Assembly (NCBI RefSeq): GCF_009914755.1 | Contig: NC_060942.1 | Direction: 5' to 3' (one strand) | DNA from: the human T2T-CHM13v2.0 reference genome, Homo sapiens | Length of the DNA stretch: 64,000 bases | Notes under the pieces: model-generated | The model's database searches: none | What the model was told of the DNA's origin: nothing | The model's input: only the letters and a program-made list of their open reading frames with translations | Translations under genes and position numbers: made by a program | Part shown: positions 49,061 to 63,070 of the stretch, piece by piece | Numbering within the stretch: the stretch's first letter is position 1 | Layout: each line of letters begins with the position of its first letter

Positions 49061-49232
49061 TGTAATGGGATCTTGCTCTTTTACCCAGGCTAAAGTGCTG
49101 TGGCACGATTGTAGCTAGCTACAGTGGCACTATCATAGCTCACTACCGCCTTGAACTTGTGGGCTCAAGTGACCTCCTCCCCCTCAGCCCCTCAAGTAGC
49201 TGAGGCTGCAGCCACATATTACCATCTCAGGC
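49061..49232 (-). mobile_element. AluJ/FRAM-like right-arm fragment
   Basis: gggatcttgctcttttacccaggct...gggctcaagtgacctcctccccctcagcccctcaagtagctga. Confidence 0.75.
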
Positions 49233-50074
49233 TTCTCACCATCCTACTCGAGCCAGTTGCTAGTCCTGGTGTATTTTCTTATTGAGTAACAGGAGTACAA
49301 GAGGGTGCACAGAAATACATGATGCATATGGAGATTTCAGTACAGAATGAACAGACTGACTCTTCTTCCCACATTACATTGGTCAGTGAAGGTCATATAT
49401 TCAACCTCAACATCAATGGAGCAGGATACTATGCTTTGCCCACTCCAGTGGATGCTATCAGAGAGTCTCATGCTAGAGAATAGAAAAGTATAATTGTAAC
49501 ACAGAGAGGGCATGATGGCTTATGAACAATGATTCAAACCGCCATAGCTTGTTTTGAATCCATCACTTATTGGCAAATAGAATTTCAGAAAAATAAGGCC
49601 CTCTTTTTATGTAAAAATAAGAAAAAATGGATTTGATTATGTCTAGTATACAATCCAACTCTTCTCATTAATTTACAGTGTGATGAATTCACTTTTACTA
49701 TTTGTACAGCTTTGTATTATATAACAATAAAGGTTTTACTAACAAAATAAATCAAACTAATAGCATCACACTGACAGAATTTATTTCAGAGAACAAGCAT
49801 TTTTAAGGATTTTTAAAGTCAAGAAATTATATGTCTCGATGATATTAATAACCCATGAATCATTCTATTCACTAATAAATTCCTGAAAAATACATTTACT
49901 TGGAAACATTTGTTATCCAATTAATTTGATTTATTACATTTAGTTCATATTTTGATTAATTAGACATACCACTATTTCAGATGGCCCCACACTCCAATTT
50001 GCTCCCATTTTCAAGGGCCGATAGTACAAAAATCTCTGTTTGCTGTGTCTCCTCAGGAGACAGTCAGGCGGGGC

Positions 50075-50340
50075 ACAATACCCAGAGCCTTGTATGAGAT
50101 CAGGACATCTGCTTTCCATTTCTGGCTCTACCATCTAATAGCCACATGACTCTGGACAAATTAATGGTTTTGTTCCTTTCTTCCTCTGCAAATAGGGAGG
50201 TGTCATAGCTGAACCACTTCACTCAGAGGATTAGCAACATGATCAAAGGAGATTCCATATGTTAAAGCATTCTGACAAACTAAGCTCTGAACACATTTAA
50301 GTTTCATGGTGAGGGCATGTTTTAATTAGTTTCGTTATTA
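50075..50340 (+). mobile_element. MIR
   Basis: tctggctctaccatctaatagccacatgactctggacaaattaa...cctctgcaaataggga. Confidence 0.6.
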
Positions 50341-50346
50341 TTTAGG

Positions 50347-50899
50347 TGTGGTTAGGCCAATAGATCAGGAGATGACTGCTGCTGAAAAGATAGTTTATTA
50401 TAGTTATAGATCTCAAGAGAGGGAGAATATACATCATGCCTTGGGGGACCAGGGAATGAGCAAGAGCAGTCATGAGGCAGAGGGAGAGTGGGGAGTTGTG
50501 GGCAAGAGCCTTTATTGTGTTTTCCATGGAAAGTAATGGGGGAAGCTGTTTTAGAAATAGCTGGTTTGAGTAACGTCAGCATCTCAGATGTGTACGGAAT
50601 ATCCCTAGTTTTCCTGTACCTAGACCTAGGGTGACTAGGGTAGATGTATAGTGGCCTGGTTTGTGAGAGTCTGATTGGTCGGAAGAGTAACTCGGAACTG
50701 GTTGGTTTGTGTTTGAAAAGTGCAGTCTCAGAAGGCGGACTCCACCTGAAGAGGGGGGGATGATGAGGAAGGCCAAAGGCCAAGGTGAGGTGACTCAGGC
50801 AGATTATCAGGTTGTCCAGAACAAAGTGTTTCTGGCATATGCAGGCAGGGAAGATGCTGAAACACCAAGTTTACAGAAGCTAGAAACATGGTTAATACA
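50347..50899 (-). mobile_element. ERVL solo LTR (MER74-like)
   Basis: TG...CA termini; the minus-strand start reads tgtattaaccatgtttctagcttctgtaaac; minus-strand CCAAT (~50674) and AATAAA (~50511). Confidence 0.7.
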
Positions 50900-51309
50900 G
50901 GGCATCATTGTTTTATTCTTTCTAGAGCAATCTCTCACAGCATATAATTGGTTCAGCTATTTGGGAATGTGAAAATTATGTCACCCCAACCCATATCTTC
51001 AGAGGGTTTTTGCAACTCTCTAATAATGTTCTTAAAGGTTATTTACTCACTAAACATCTGATAACTGTCACAGAGGAATTATCTGAACACAAGTTCTAAA
51101 ATGGAGTGAGATATTCTGTTTTAGATGTACAAGAAAAATAATAATCAAAGCTGGAGAGAAAAACCTTCATAATCGTACATTTTCCCCAAAGAAGCCCTTC
51201 TGTGAAGGTGGCACGAAGAGCGCACCACTGACAAAGAAAGTTGGGATAGTGAGTTCAAAGCATAATCTTGGGGAAAACCTGGGGCCTAGATTCTAGCTCA
51301 AGTTTTGCC

Positions 51310-52190
51310 ACAATAGGTGAGAGTAATCTAAAACATAATGATTGTGGTACACGTCTCTTAAAAACCTTTCTATAGCTGTCTTTATCCTCAGGATACAGTC
51401 TAAGCATCTTGAACTAATGTACAAATTATTTTGTAGTCTGCCCAACTGCTATAGCAGTTTACCAGTTCAGCCTATGGATTGCCTTACATTTCAGATTTCA
51501 GCTGTGAAGAATTCTAATAGGACTTTGCAGTTCCCTGAAAATGCCATATTCTTTCATGGCACTTGCTTACTGAGACTGCAATGAACTTCCCTTCTGTTAT
51601 TCTGTTCACTCTTCCAACTCAACCTAGAGCCCTACTGATTCTTCAGGCCTGAGTTTGGTGCCTTCTTTGGTAGGCATCCTTGATCTTCCACTTTAAAGTT
51701 GGGTTTGATGTATTCTATAATGGGCTACATGTATGCCACCTTAGAACTGGGGTTTAATTGCTTGATTACTAGTATATTTCTGTAAATCATCTGCATGGTC
51801 CATGAGAACAAGGTCAGCTTTTAATCACTGTGTCATCTCAAATATTAAAACCTTGAATTTGGCACTGCGGAAGTTACTAAATGGAGTCCCCAAACTCCAG
51901 AAAAACTTGCCAGATCCTGGGGCTGGGTTAAATGCCTCTGCTCTGTGTTCCCATATTTCTCAGTTATTTCTCTTTTATTAAACACATTTTAGTACTATTG
52001 TTTATGCAGGTGTCTTTTCCATTAGACTTCAAATTTCTTAAGGACAGAAACTGTGAATCATTCATCTTTGTGTTTCTAATTTCAAATACAGTGCAACAAT
52101 TTAGCTACTCAGAAATTGTACCTATTATGGTTGTTATTATCCTGTTTATAATAAATGTTTTTGAAAGATGGATGAATAAATAAATGCAAA
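51310..52190 (+). mobile_element. L2 fragments
   Basis: cctcaggatacagtctaagcatctt...; ...ccattagacttcaaatttcttaaggacagaaactgtg...ataaatgtttttgaaagatggatgaataaa. Confidence 0.55.
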
Positions 52191-55100
52191 ACAGGACATG
52201 ATAATGGGGGACAGTTACCGAAATATATGCTATGCCTTCCTCACAGATTTGTTTTCCAAGTACCAAGATAAAATGAAATTATTCAGAAAAATCACCAAAA
52301 CAAGCAAGATAAATAAGGTGTTATTTTGAAAAACACTAGGAAAAGTAGAAATAAGATAGTAAAATTTAACATTCTGTGGACTTCACTATTTAGTTCACTC
52401 CTGTTCATGAAGTTATGGAAGGTTAATCACTATTGTTTTTGGAAAGACAGTTAGTTCACTGATTATCTATTTCTTTCAATGACCAGAAATTCAAGGTATT
52501 GCTGTCAAGGTAATGGTGTCTAGAGCTATCACGGAAACTAGATGCCTGATGTCTGGAAGGAATGATGCATATCACTGTGTGATTAAAGCCTGGTTTTTGC
52601 AATGAAATAAAAAACACTTATGTTGAAAGTACTACATCACCCCAGTGTTCAACTTTCTCCAATGGCCCCATGGAAAATAATTGATGAGATTCCAGGAGGA
52701 ATGTTTTCTACTCCTTCTCTGAAGGGGTAACCATGACCAACTGACCTGAAGTCTAAGATTCCTTTTTAAGGAGGGAAAAAGCCATGTGCCATATATTAAA
52801 TAGACAGCTCAAAGTACAAAAATGTGGAAAAGTAACTCACAGGCTAAGAATTATAGTGAGGAAAATATGGCTACTTTCAAAATGACTCTCAAAGCAAATT
52901 TTGATAAAAGAGAGAGAGAGACCTTAACTCTTGCCCAAGGCTCTTCCAGAACTTAGAGATTCACTTTTTGGTACTTGAACTTCCTTGCAGGACAAGAGTA
53001 TACCCAATAGGACCACCTTGCCATCAGCCTTCCTCTTCTCACTGCTAACTCCTCCCACCTCCCTGTCCTCTGCGGGGCCCACTGGCAGCACTTCACTCTC
53101 TTCCAGTCACAGCTGAGGCCAGGGCTGTGGTATGTGCAAACTGTTATGTGTTTTTTTCAGGCAGGGTGAGTGGTGAGGTGACAGCAGGACAGCATGTGGA
53201 AGAATGAAGAAAAACCAAGTTACCAAATCCAAGTATAACAACATTCATATTCTACTTTTTAACACAGCTCTTTTGGCCACCTCAAATTTCAAGGCAGAAA
53301 AAAAGAGAAAGCACGTTACTGTTTTTCCTTTCCTCATTACCTCAGGGCATTAACCTACTTTGAACTCAGTCTATCGGTTGCGCTGATTCCACACCCAAGA
53401 GGCATTATTATCACCGAGTTCAAAAGTGTTCAACATATGGACATCATCAAACCCAAACTGACTTTATGTTCCTCATTTCTAGTAAACGATTAGAGAAATC
53501 TAATCAAGACACATGCCTATGTCAGGGGCTAGGCAATGCACCGTTAAATGTGTCATTGAGTTGTGTGCAGAGCTTGCAAGATGCCACAAACTCATTTTAA
53601 TTTTACACAGACAAATTGAAAGACCCAATGTCTTCATTAGGGTGCAGCTTGCATTGAAACACAACAACAACAACAACAGGAAGTCAGCATGGAAAACAGA
53701 AGCTGCATGTTCAAATCACATCCATATTGGCATTTCACAACTGTAGCCTGATTGCATTGTTAATTAATTCTTGAAATGCACAGTAAGCCAAAGGGACAAT
53801 TTGAGAAGAGTACTTGTCATTTAATTAGTAAATTAAGGTTTTTTTTTATATAAAATCTCAAATGCTTCTCTATTTAATTAGTATGTACTGTAGACCAAAA
53901 TCTCACACCAGCTGGATATTTTCAGGATAAATGGCTTTGCTTATTTCTTTCATGTATCAAGTCAGTAACTTTTCAGAAAGAGGTTGAGCTTGGATGGTGG
54001 GAAGGAGAGGAATAAGACTACCAGAACAGGGTGCTTGTTGTATATAATCATATATTTCATGGAGGAAAAGGGAGAAAATTCCTATTTCAAGGTGTTACTC
54101 TGACATCTACACTGTGGAACATTACAGCTTGCAGAGTTTTAGGGCTCATCTTGCCCAATATCTTTTTTCTTGGAATAAAATGTTGAGGCTGAGAGACGTA
54201 AAGCAACACATCGGAAGTCACACACCTAGTTAAGTAGGGTGATGTAAACTACTATCTACGTCTTCTATCTAGATTTTTTAGATGTCTGTATTCTAATGAA
54301 AAGGTGTGCAAAGCATAATTATAAGCGTGCATTGAAGGCATGTGAAGTGCATGTGAGAAAGACTTTGTGATCTGTACTCTGATTTTAAAATTTTGGAATA
54401 CGGAGATTTCACTGGAGTGTGTTTGTCTTTAATGTATTACCAATTAATAATTAATATCTCTAAATGAAGAATGAGCTTGTTTTATTTCACATTCTGGGAG
54501 CAGTTTTGTCATGTTTGAGCAAGTTTCCATGAATGTTTCTTAATATAATACCAGGATATGTCAGCTCTGTCTTATATTTGCAATGACTCTTATTTTCTTC
54601 TTAATTAAACACAGAAGCTGCTGATCTGAGGACAAAAATAGAATCTGATGAAGTCTGAATTTTTTCCCAGAAAATATTCTGTCTTTGCCTCCAGATGTCA
54701 AAAGTTACACATGAGTACAGCTCACACAGGGAAAGGGGAAAACAGCAACCTCTTGAGCTGGAGCCTTAGGCTAGAAAAGATCACTGATTACCCACCTGTT
54801 CCCCCTGGATACTAGGGCTTCAATCCAGAAGGTGCTGTGATGAAGTGGCTTCAGCAAAATATTACCTGAGACATCCTGATCCATTATGAGAACGGTAAGA
54901 AGCAATAAAGAAATTGAATATAAAGGAATCAATAAACAAATAACAATGAGTACAAACTACTCAAAAAGCTAAGTGAAATATATTTTCTTCTAAGACACTA
55001 TAATGAACAATTAATTTGTAAGTAATTCATATATGCATAAAACATTCAGTAAAATAATTTTTAAAAGTATATGTGTTAAATGGCTAATGAGAGGTATATA

Positions 55101-56295
55101 ATACTATAAGGGCTCAAAAATGGAGAACATTGACAGGTTACGTAAATAGAAGACCTCATGGAGACAAGCAAAACAAGCCTCACAAACTGGTTCACTCTGA
55201 CCACCAGTAGAAATGTAGGTCTTGTTTCTCCTGCTCATGCTGCCTGGTATCTGAATATTGACCTATTGATTTCTTATCACCTGTACAAGCTTATCATCTG
55301 TGTCCTCACTACTTGCTGTGGCCTCCAATTTCTTCTTTTGGATTCACTTGAAGATGACTATGTAGCTGGCTAGAGTCATCTGTGTCCTAGGTTGTATCTT
55401 TCCTAACTGCATGTCCTGGTCTTGATCTTATGGCTCTACCTGGTTTCTAAGTCATCTCCAGTCTGAAGATGCCAAGCCAATAATACCCACGTAGACACTA
55501 GTACTGACTATGATTGGGTTGCAAAGAATGTTGCTTTTGTTCCTACAGAAGCTATAGCTAGGCTCACAATGAATTGTCTAATATATTTTCTTTTTTAACT
55601 TCAGTATCAGTTGCCTCAATTTTTCAGGCAAGATAATTAAGTTAAATAATATCTAAGAATCTGTTTCATCTCTAAGTTGCTATGGTCATGGTGAGATCAT
55701 TGATCATTCATATGTAAATAGATTTTTCCTAATTATTGTGTAGTATTTGAAAACAGATTGCGCTCATGATTATTTTAAACATGCCCCCTGTGAGCTTCTT
55801 TATCCAACTAATTAGTCTTATTTTTTAATAAAACAATTTTAACCAAAGTAAACTTTTTATTAAAATGTCAGAGATTCCAAAGCGATTCAATCCAAATCAA
55901 TGAGGTTACTAAATGGAAAGTTTTGCAAAACTGAATTCTGCTTTCAAAGTTTCTTGCCTTTTATTGTTAACTTAGGGAATCTAGGGTCACTTTATTCTCT
56001 GTTGTTGTTTTAAGCAAAATATAGACTAAATTTTGAATCAAAGACAAGGCTTGATTTTTTATAACTATGACTAGTTCATCACAGATAAGCTCTTTATAAT
56101 CTTCAAGCTTCATTGTTTTTATCTATAAAATGAGAGTAATGATACTTGCTTTACGTATCTTTCAGGATTATTGGGAATGTGAAATGCAGCAATGTAAATA
56201 GGGCTATGTGTGGACAGGAAGGTCCTGCTTAAATGTCACGCTCTCAGCTCTTTTTGGATTGTTCTTCTATGGGCCATGATATGCTGTTTTTCCTT

Positions 56296-56592
56296 TTTTG
56301 TTTGTTTGTTTGTTTGTTTGTTTTTTAAAGGATTCTCTCTACTCTCTGTCGCCCAGGCTGGAGTGCAATGGTGCTATCTCGGCTCACCACAACCTTCGCC
56401 TCCCGGGTTCAAGAGATTTTTCTGCCTCAGCTTCCTGAAAACCTAGGACTACAGGCGTGTGCCACCACACTCAGCTAATTTTTATTTTTTCTCCGTGTTA
56501 GCCAGGCTGGTCTCAAACTCCTGACCTCGTGATCCGCCTGCCTCGGCCTCCCGAAGTGCTAGGATTACAGGTGTGAGCCACCACGCTCGGCC
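56296..56592 (-). mobile_element. AluS (Sg-like) with an internal deletion; TSD tgtttttcctt (56285-56295 / 56593-56603)
   Basis: ctcctgacctcgtgatccgcctgcctcggcctccc; (TTTG)n tail; exact TSD. Confidence 0.92.
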
Positions 56593-56844
56593 TGTTTTTC
56601 CTTCTTATACAACACCTACCACATTATATTATGATTAATAATGCATGCTTTTCTTTTTTAGTTTTTGAGTTTCTGCCAGGTTGCGGGGGAGATGAAGTGT
56701 TTATTCCTGTAGTCATATAACAGCTGATGCAGTACTTGGCACATGCTAGGTACTCAATAAATGCTTGTTGAAGATGTTCCATAACAAGTGGGATTTAAGT
56801 TGGATATTGAAATTCAAGTGGAGAAAAACCAATGATAGTAGGCA

Positions 56845-57286
56845 TTCATATTAGTCAGGAGAGGCTAATATATGTTTCAGGAACAAGAAACCCCAATATT
56901 TTGGTTTGTTTACCATCAATTAAAAATAAAAATAAAGCTTTTTCTCCCTTTTGACAAAGTTCGATGCAGGTCTAGCTGACTCTCCAGGGCAGCTGTTCTA
57001 TACATGTTGGCTCAGTTTGAATGTCTGGTTAGAGCTCATGCCACCCACTTACAGACATGTGCTTCCATTGTTGGTGGCAGGGAGAAGTGTGCTGGAGAGT
57101 TGCTCAACTGCAATTCTGTAAAAGTGCCAGTAATTACTTTGACTCAGATTTAGTCTCTTATATTTTTTACCTAAAGCAAGTCAAATGGCTGAGTCTAATT
57201 GAAAGGTGGTGAGGACATACAATGTCTCATTTGCCTAAAAGGAGCAGAGAATCATGTATTGGTAAACAGCACAATGCTGGTCACAG
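56845..57286 (-). mobile_element. Old MaLR LTR (MLT1J/K-like)
   Basis: attagtcaggagaggctaa...aacaagaaaccccaatatttt...ctccagggcagctgttctata...aagcaagtcaaatggc. Confidence 0.5.
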
Positions 57287-58015
57287 TGTGGGTGTATATT
57301 TCTACTGTCTAACAACAAATCCGTTGGCTTTACTTTATAATTATATCTCCTCATATGTAAATCAGACCACACCATTTCTCTACTAATGTTCTCAAACATT
57401 TTCCAAATGCACTAAAATATTTAATATTATCTCAACTTGACGGTTAACAAAGTTCAGTCTTCTCTGTCTCCAGCCCCCTTTTTTTAACTTCGATTCTTGC
57501 CTTGTAAACTTCACTTGCTTTCTTCAAGTTCCTTGAACATTCCAAGCTTATTTCTACACAAAGCTTTTGCACTTTCAGTTCTACAAGAAACATTCTAATC
57601 TCAATCTACACACAGTTGATCCTTCATATGTCTCAGGTTCCCATTCATGAAACACCTGATTAGCCAAACCATTCATAAAAGTGAAAAGTATCACCCACAC
57701 ACACCAGCCTCATTCCATCCCATCAGTTGAACTCATTCCCTTCACAGCATTTTTGCTAATATTTAATAGTATCCTATGCATTTACATGTTTGCTTATCTT
57801 TCTCATTCTTTCTCCTCTTTCTCCTCAGCATTTTAAGATATGAGCTCCACAAAGAAGCAGCTATACCTGTTTTGTTCTGCTTTTGTCCTAGCACCTAGAA
57901 CAGTACCTGGCATCTAATAATATTTAACCAGTATTTTCTTTTAAATGGAACAATTGTTTGCAATAACAAGAAGATATACTAGATAATTTCAAAACTACAA
58001 AATATCAGGGTGCTT

Positions 58016-58249
58016 CACGGGGGTACAAACTCTTTCTGTCAAGGGCCAGATAGTAAATAATTTTCAGCTTTGGGGGCCAGATGGTTTCTGCTGCAACCAC
58101 TCAACTCTGCACCAATTCTGTCATTGTAACACAAAAGCACCCATAAACAATATGTCAACATAAGGATGTAAATGTGTTAAAACAAATTTTATTTACAATA
58201 ACAGGCAGCAGCAGGATTTGGCCTGGGGATGGAACAAAGGGACCCCCTG
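58016..58249 (+). mobile_element. MER58A-like hAT DNA transposon
   Basis: caaactctttctgtcaagggccagatagtaaata...gcaaccactcaactctgc...aacaggcagcagcaggatttggcc. Confidence 0.8.
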
Positions 58250-61011
58250 CTGTAGAGCAAGGTGAGTGAGTCACTTACGCCCTTGACAACACATTCTTAG
58301 AAGTCATGCTAGTTGGAGGCAAGTTCTGTTTCTTCCACCAACGTCTTCAAGCCTCAGAATCCTTTTCTATCAAATGGGGCTAATAATAGAATACACCATA
58401 CCTCAGAATTAAGTGAGGCTGTGCAAAAGGTGCTTAATTCTGTGCCTGAAATATAGCAACAGACAATAAATCCATCTAACAATAAATTCTTATGAAGAAG
58501 TTATTACAATAAATTCAGTGACAAGCAATGATGGCAATGGAAATAAAAATGGAGAAGCAGATGTAATTGAGAGATTTGAGAAGTAAAATTAGCAGTTCCT
58601 GGTGACTAAAGCATGTGTTAATGATAGTGATACCCTTGAACCATTAGTTGTTCAGCTTTGAATACCCTACCCAATTTCTCTGCTTATTCTTTTTCTGTGT
58701 TTCTTCCCCCTTTCTTCTCTACTTTTCATTCTTTAAGAACAAGCTCCAATTCACACTTTTGAGCTGCCTTTCAAGTTCCTCAGAAAAATTTATCATTTCA
58801 TTAAACATTATTTAAAGCTTGGGCTCTTTTTGTTTCTACTCTTTAGTATAGTTAGTTGCTTACACTTTTGTCTTTCTCAGTTCATTGTAACATCTCTGAG
58901 AGCAGGCATTGTTTTGTTGCTTATCTGTGTCTTTCGTTTGTCTTTTTTTGTCACTATATTCTACATCACACTTGGCATGTGACTTATGCATATTTCATAC
59001 ATTATTATGGAATGATCAAATGAAGCAGAGATTGAATGATTTTTTCAAACACAGAAGTTCAACTTCCACTTGCTAGAGTCCCCCATCAATAAAATATGCA
59101 CAGAACAACACTGGGTCATACACAATGGTTCCATAATTTGACCTGTGTTTTATCCCCAACATCTGCTTGCAGGGATGCAGCATCCTCGTGGCTGTTCACA
59201 TACCATTGCACTGGGATATGTCTCTCTTCACTCTCCATTTCCCACCCCACAAAAACCCCATCGCCTGCCTTATGTGAGAATTGGAACCATAAAAATAAAA
59301 CAAAGATGTCTTCTTATGTATGATAATTAATGGGAACAAAATGTCTTGGATGAAATATTACTGGCAAAACAAAGCATAACCAGATGTTGTGCAATGCAAG
59401 ACCCAACATAAAGTAATGAAGAACTCCACTGAGTCAGACGTGTCTACTTGAAAAATGTTTACTTTGACAATCAAATGAAAAAGTAAAAAATATATAGATG
59501 CAAAGACTGCTTTTCAGGAAAACAGTGGGTTCTTTCCCCAGAGCTCTAAAAAGTTTAGATATTGTAGCCAAAACGTCGTAAAATATGATTTTGTTTTCTG
59601 CTTTTTTTCCCCAGGGAGAAGGGAATTTTAAAGAAGAGATTGCATCAATAAAGATTCTTTTAGCATTATTTTTATCATTATAAAAATTACACATACTTGT
59701 TTTAGATTATTTGAAAACTTCAGAGCTGTAAAGATGAAAATAAAAATTGCTTATTATCTTAATCGGCAAAATTAACCATCCTTAACATTTTTATATGTCT
59801 TTTAGTTATTTTGTATGCCTATGTTTATAATGAAACAGTTTTGAATTTTTTAACGTATTAAAATCATGGGATTTTTGTCTTTAATTCACGCTTCCTTTTA
59901 GCCATCCACCTCCAAAGCTGAACCATGAGTTTTACTGTACTAGGGAAAAACAAGTTTGAGTCTGCTATGAAAAAAGTAATTAGCAGTTTCAATGCTGGTT
60001 TCTGGGGTTCATAAACAAATTGTCTTAAAAACCTGACATTTGGTTTGGACTTGCCATGGATTCTAGAAAGTATAGTTCATAGGAAAGAAAGAGATTTTTC
60101 AAATTTCTCTGGGTACTAATTTTTTGTGATCTAGTCCTGGTAAAGTAGATCAAATGCTTCCCATATATTCCAGGAGAACTCAGGATATGAATTGGAGTCA
60201 CGGTCAGATCATCTCTTCTGGGTCTACTGTCTATGAGAAGAAGGGAGAAGGAGATAGAACTAGAAAGCCAAAAACAAACATTCTAGTCATTCTCCACCCC
60301 TGCCTCAGGGCCAACAATAAGGTATTGGGAAAAGAGGGATTTGAAACATCTAAAGAGGTATGAAGGAACCACAGAATATTAGCGTAAGTAGCACACTTAT
60401 CATGAGTTACATGGGAAAGCTAAACAAGAGCAAAGATTTTTGTCTCAAAGCACATCTAACATAGCATGGAATATGAAGTGGTGGCAGTGGGCATTTAGGT
60501 AATGAAGCTGAATCAGATCCCATCATCTTTGACTTTGCCTTATACAATATTTATGGAATCGAGAAGTTTGATCCGTTCTTTTGAAAAGGTATAGAGGAGC
60601 TGGAGAGAGAGGGGGATAGATGAGCATCCATCCAAAGTAAGAACAAGGTGATTGCCATGGCTGGTGAACTTATAACTGAAGCAATGGCTGGGACCACAGG
60701 CATTAATGACATGACCAGCAGGTTCCCCTGAAAAGCAAAAAACAGCAGTTGGACCTCATGGGGTTCCTTCTAGGAGACCAGTTATTCCACAGGACGGACC
60801 AGTGAAGGTCAGAAGGTCATGTCTACAAAGACATGAAACCTCTCATCCTCCTACTTCTCCTTATTTACCCAGAACTATCTTGGATAAGAGCACATATGGG
60901 AGTGAAAGAGCTTTCATGTCCAACAGACAACTGAGATACTGACTTCCTCCAAGTTTGAAGTAATTTATCTTTATTAATTTCCAGTGCAGTAATAGGCCTT
61001 AGGTAAGATAC

Positions 61012-61920
61012 AGGGCTAATATGCAGAATCTACAAAGAACTTAAACAAATTTACAGGAAAAAAAAATCAAACAACCCCATCAAAAAGTGGGCGAAGGATA
61101 TGAACAGACACTTCTCAAAAGAAGACATTTATGCAGCCAACAGACACATGAACAAATGCCCATCATCACTGGCCATCAGAGAAATGCAAATCAAAACCAC
61201 AATGAGATACCATCTCACACCAATTAGAATGGCGATCATTAAAAAGTCAGGAAACAACAGGTATTGGACAGGATGTGGAGAAGCAGGAACACTTTTACAC
61301 TGTTGGTGGGACTGTAAACTAGTTCAACCATTGTGGAAGACAGTGCAGCAATTCCTCAAGGATCTAGAACTAGAAATACCATTTGACCCAGCCATCCCAT
61401 TACTGGGTATATACCCAAAGGATTATAAATCATGCTGCTGTAAAGACACATGCACACGTATGTTTATTGTGGCACTATTCACAATAGCAAAGACTTGGAA
61501 CCAACCCAAATGTCCATCAATGATAGACTGGATTAAGAAAACGTGGCACATATACACCATGGAATACTATGCAGCCACAAAAATGATGGGTTCATGTCTT
61601 TTGTAGGGACATGAATGAAGCTGGAAACCGTCATTCTGAGCAAACTATCACAAGGACAGAAAACCAAACACCACGTGTTCTCACTCATAGGTGGGAATTA
61701 AACAATGAGAACACTTGGACACAGGATGGGGAACATCACACACCAGGGCCTGTCGTGGGGTGGGGGGAGTGGGGAGGGATAGCATTAGGAGATATACCTA
61801 ATGTAAATGACGAGTTAATGGGTACAGCACACCAACATGGCAGATGTATACATATGTTACAAACCTGCACATTGTGCACATGTACCCTAGAACTTAAAGT
61901 ATAATAATAAAAAAAAAAAA
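61012..61920 (+). mobile_element. 5'-truncated L1PA4/5-like (~0.9 kb) with poly-A
   Basis: ORF 61100-61606 gives the ORF2 C-terminal peptide; 3'UTR ggagatatacctaatgtaaatgacgagttaatggg...caccaacatggc...ccctagaactt. Confidence 0.92.
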
Positions 61921-61924
61921 CATT

Positions 61925-62225
61925 AAGTAAGGAGGGAATGGAAAGAGGCTGATTAACGGGTTCAAAGTTATAATTATTTAGGAGGAATAGGTGCTGATGT
62001 CCTTATTGCACAGTAGGGTGATTATAGTTAACAATAATGTATTAAATGTTTCAAAACAGCTAGAAGAAAGGATTTTGAGTGTTTTCACTAAAAAAAGGTA
62101 AATGTTGAGGTGATGGATATGCTAATTATACTGATTTGATCATTACATGCATATATTGAAACATCACATTGTACCCATAAATATGTAGAATTTTTATGTG
62201 TCAGTTAAAATTTTTAATTAAATCT
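61925..62225 (+). mobile_element. L1MA-type 3'UTR fragment
   Basis: ttattgcacagtagggtgattatagttaacaataatg...gaggtgatggatatgctaatta...tttgatcattaca. Confidence 0.75.
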
Positions 62226-62339
62226 TTTTCAGAGAAAAAAGTAATAGAAAAAAAACCACCTGTGTTTTCATATGGCAGTGTGAATAAATTAATTATGCTA
62301 TATGCATATGAAATGTATATATGCATATAGCAGAATTAT

Positions 62340-63070
62340 GTAACTGTGCAATTTATGAAATCAAAGACATTGGATACTGATTTTTTCTGTATCACTATAT
62401 CATCAGCATATTCTGTCTTGTAGTTACATATGGGCATCAAAATAGCATTTTAATAGCTTTATTATACTCAATAACATAATTATATTTTGATTTGCTAATT
62501 AACTGTCCTATACCCTAGGTTATATTTATGTTTTGTCATAATAACGTTGTTACAAACATCCTAGTGTATAAATATTTTTCTAGTTTTTGATCTTTTTATT
62601 AGGAATAGCGTCCTATGAAGAAGGTAAGGATGACTCCTTGATAAGAGTATAAACAACTTAAATGGCTACTGAAATATGTCACCAAATTGTTTCCTAGAAA
62701 ATGTTAAGGATGAGCATGGTGGCCCACGCCTGTAATCCCAACATTTTGGGAGGCCTAGGTGAGAGAACTGCTTGAGTCCACAAGTTCAAGGCTAGACAGT
62801 GATTGACATTTTACACCCCAATGATAAAATATTACCAATATAATCTCCCAAATTAAAAATTATAAATGTCTTATTTTTCTACAGCTGGCACATAATAAGC
62901 TCTCTTGAATATTGGTTAAATCATTTTAAGAAGCAAGCAATCTCATCACTACTTTAGTTTGCATGACTTTATTATCAGCAAATTTACATATTTTTATTCT
63001 TTATTGGCAATTATCTTTTTTCTTTTTCTTATGAACTCTGAAATTGTATTATTCTCTCTCATGTATTCAG
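62340..63070 (-). mobile_element. Ancient L1ME-like fragment with an embedded plus-strand FLAM/Alu left-arm piece (~62708-62795)
   Basis: caccaaattgtttcctagaaaatgtt...ttttacaccc...tctcatcactactttagtttgcat; insert ggtggcccacgcctgtaatcccaacattttgggagg. Confidence 0.55.

Larger units (their letters stand above)
48583..49545 (-). mobile_element. Old MaLR LTR (MLT1H/J-like) interrupted by an Alu fragment and its expanded tail
   Basis: tgtaccagtcaactactgttacaataatgctttgcaag...ccaaaattcag; later cacattacattggtcagtgaaggtcata. Confidence 0.55.

Noticed and set aside
48681-49118. 145-aa Phe/Ser/Leu-rich and 106-aa Lys/Glu/Arg-rich ORFs
   Set aside because: Artefacts of the stop-free microsatellite.
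50342-50972. Cluster of overlapping ORFs up to 143 aa
   Set aside because: They lie within a solo LTR and show no gag/pol/env similarity.
53340-53478. Possible minus-strand exon (tttactag ... GAG|gtaatg)
   Set aside because: Stops in all three frames; could only be a non-coding exon and there is no supporting evidence.
60997-62260. TSD or 3' transduction for the L1PA4/5 (ccttaggtaag vs cattaagtaag; downstream L1MA piece)
   Set aside because: The match has two mismatches in 11 bp and is offset from the junction; no distal TSD was found, so neither model is supported.
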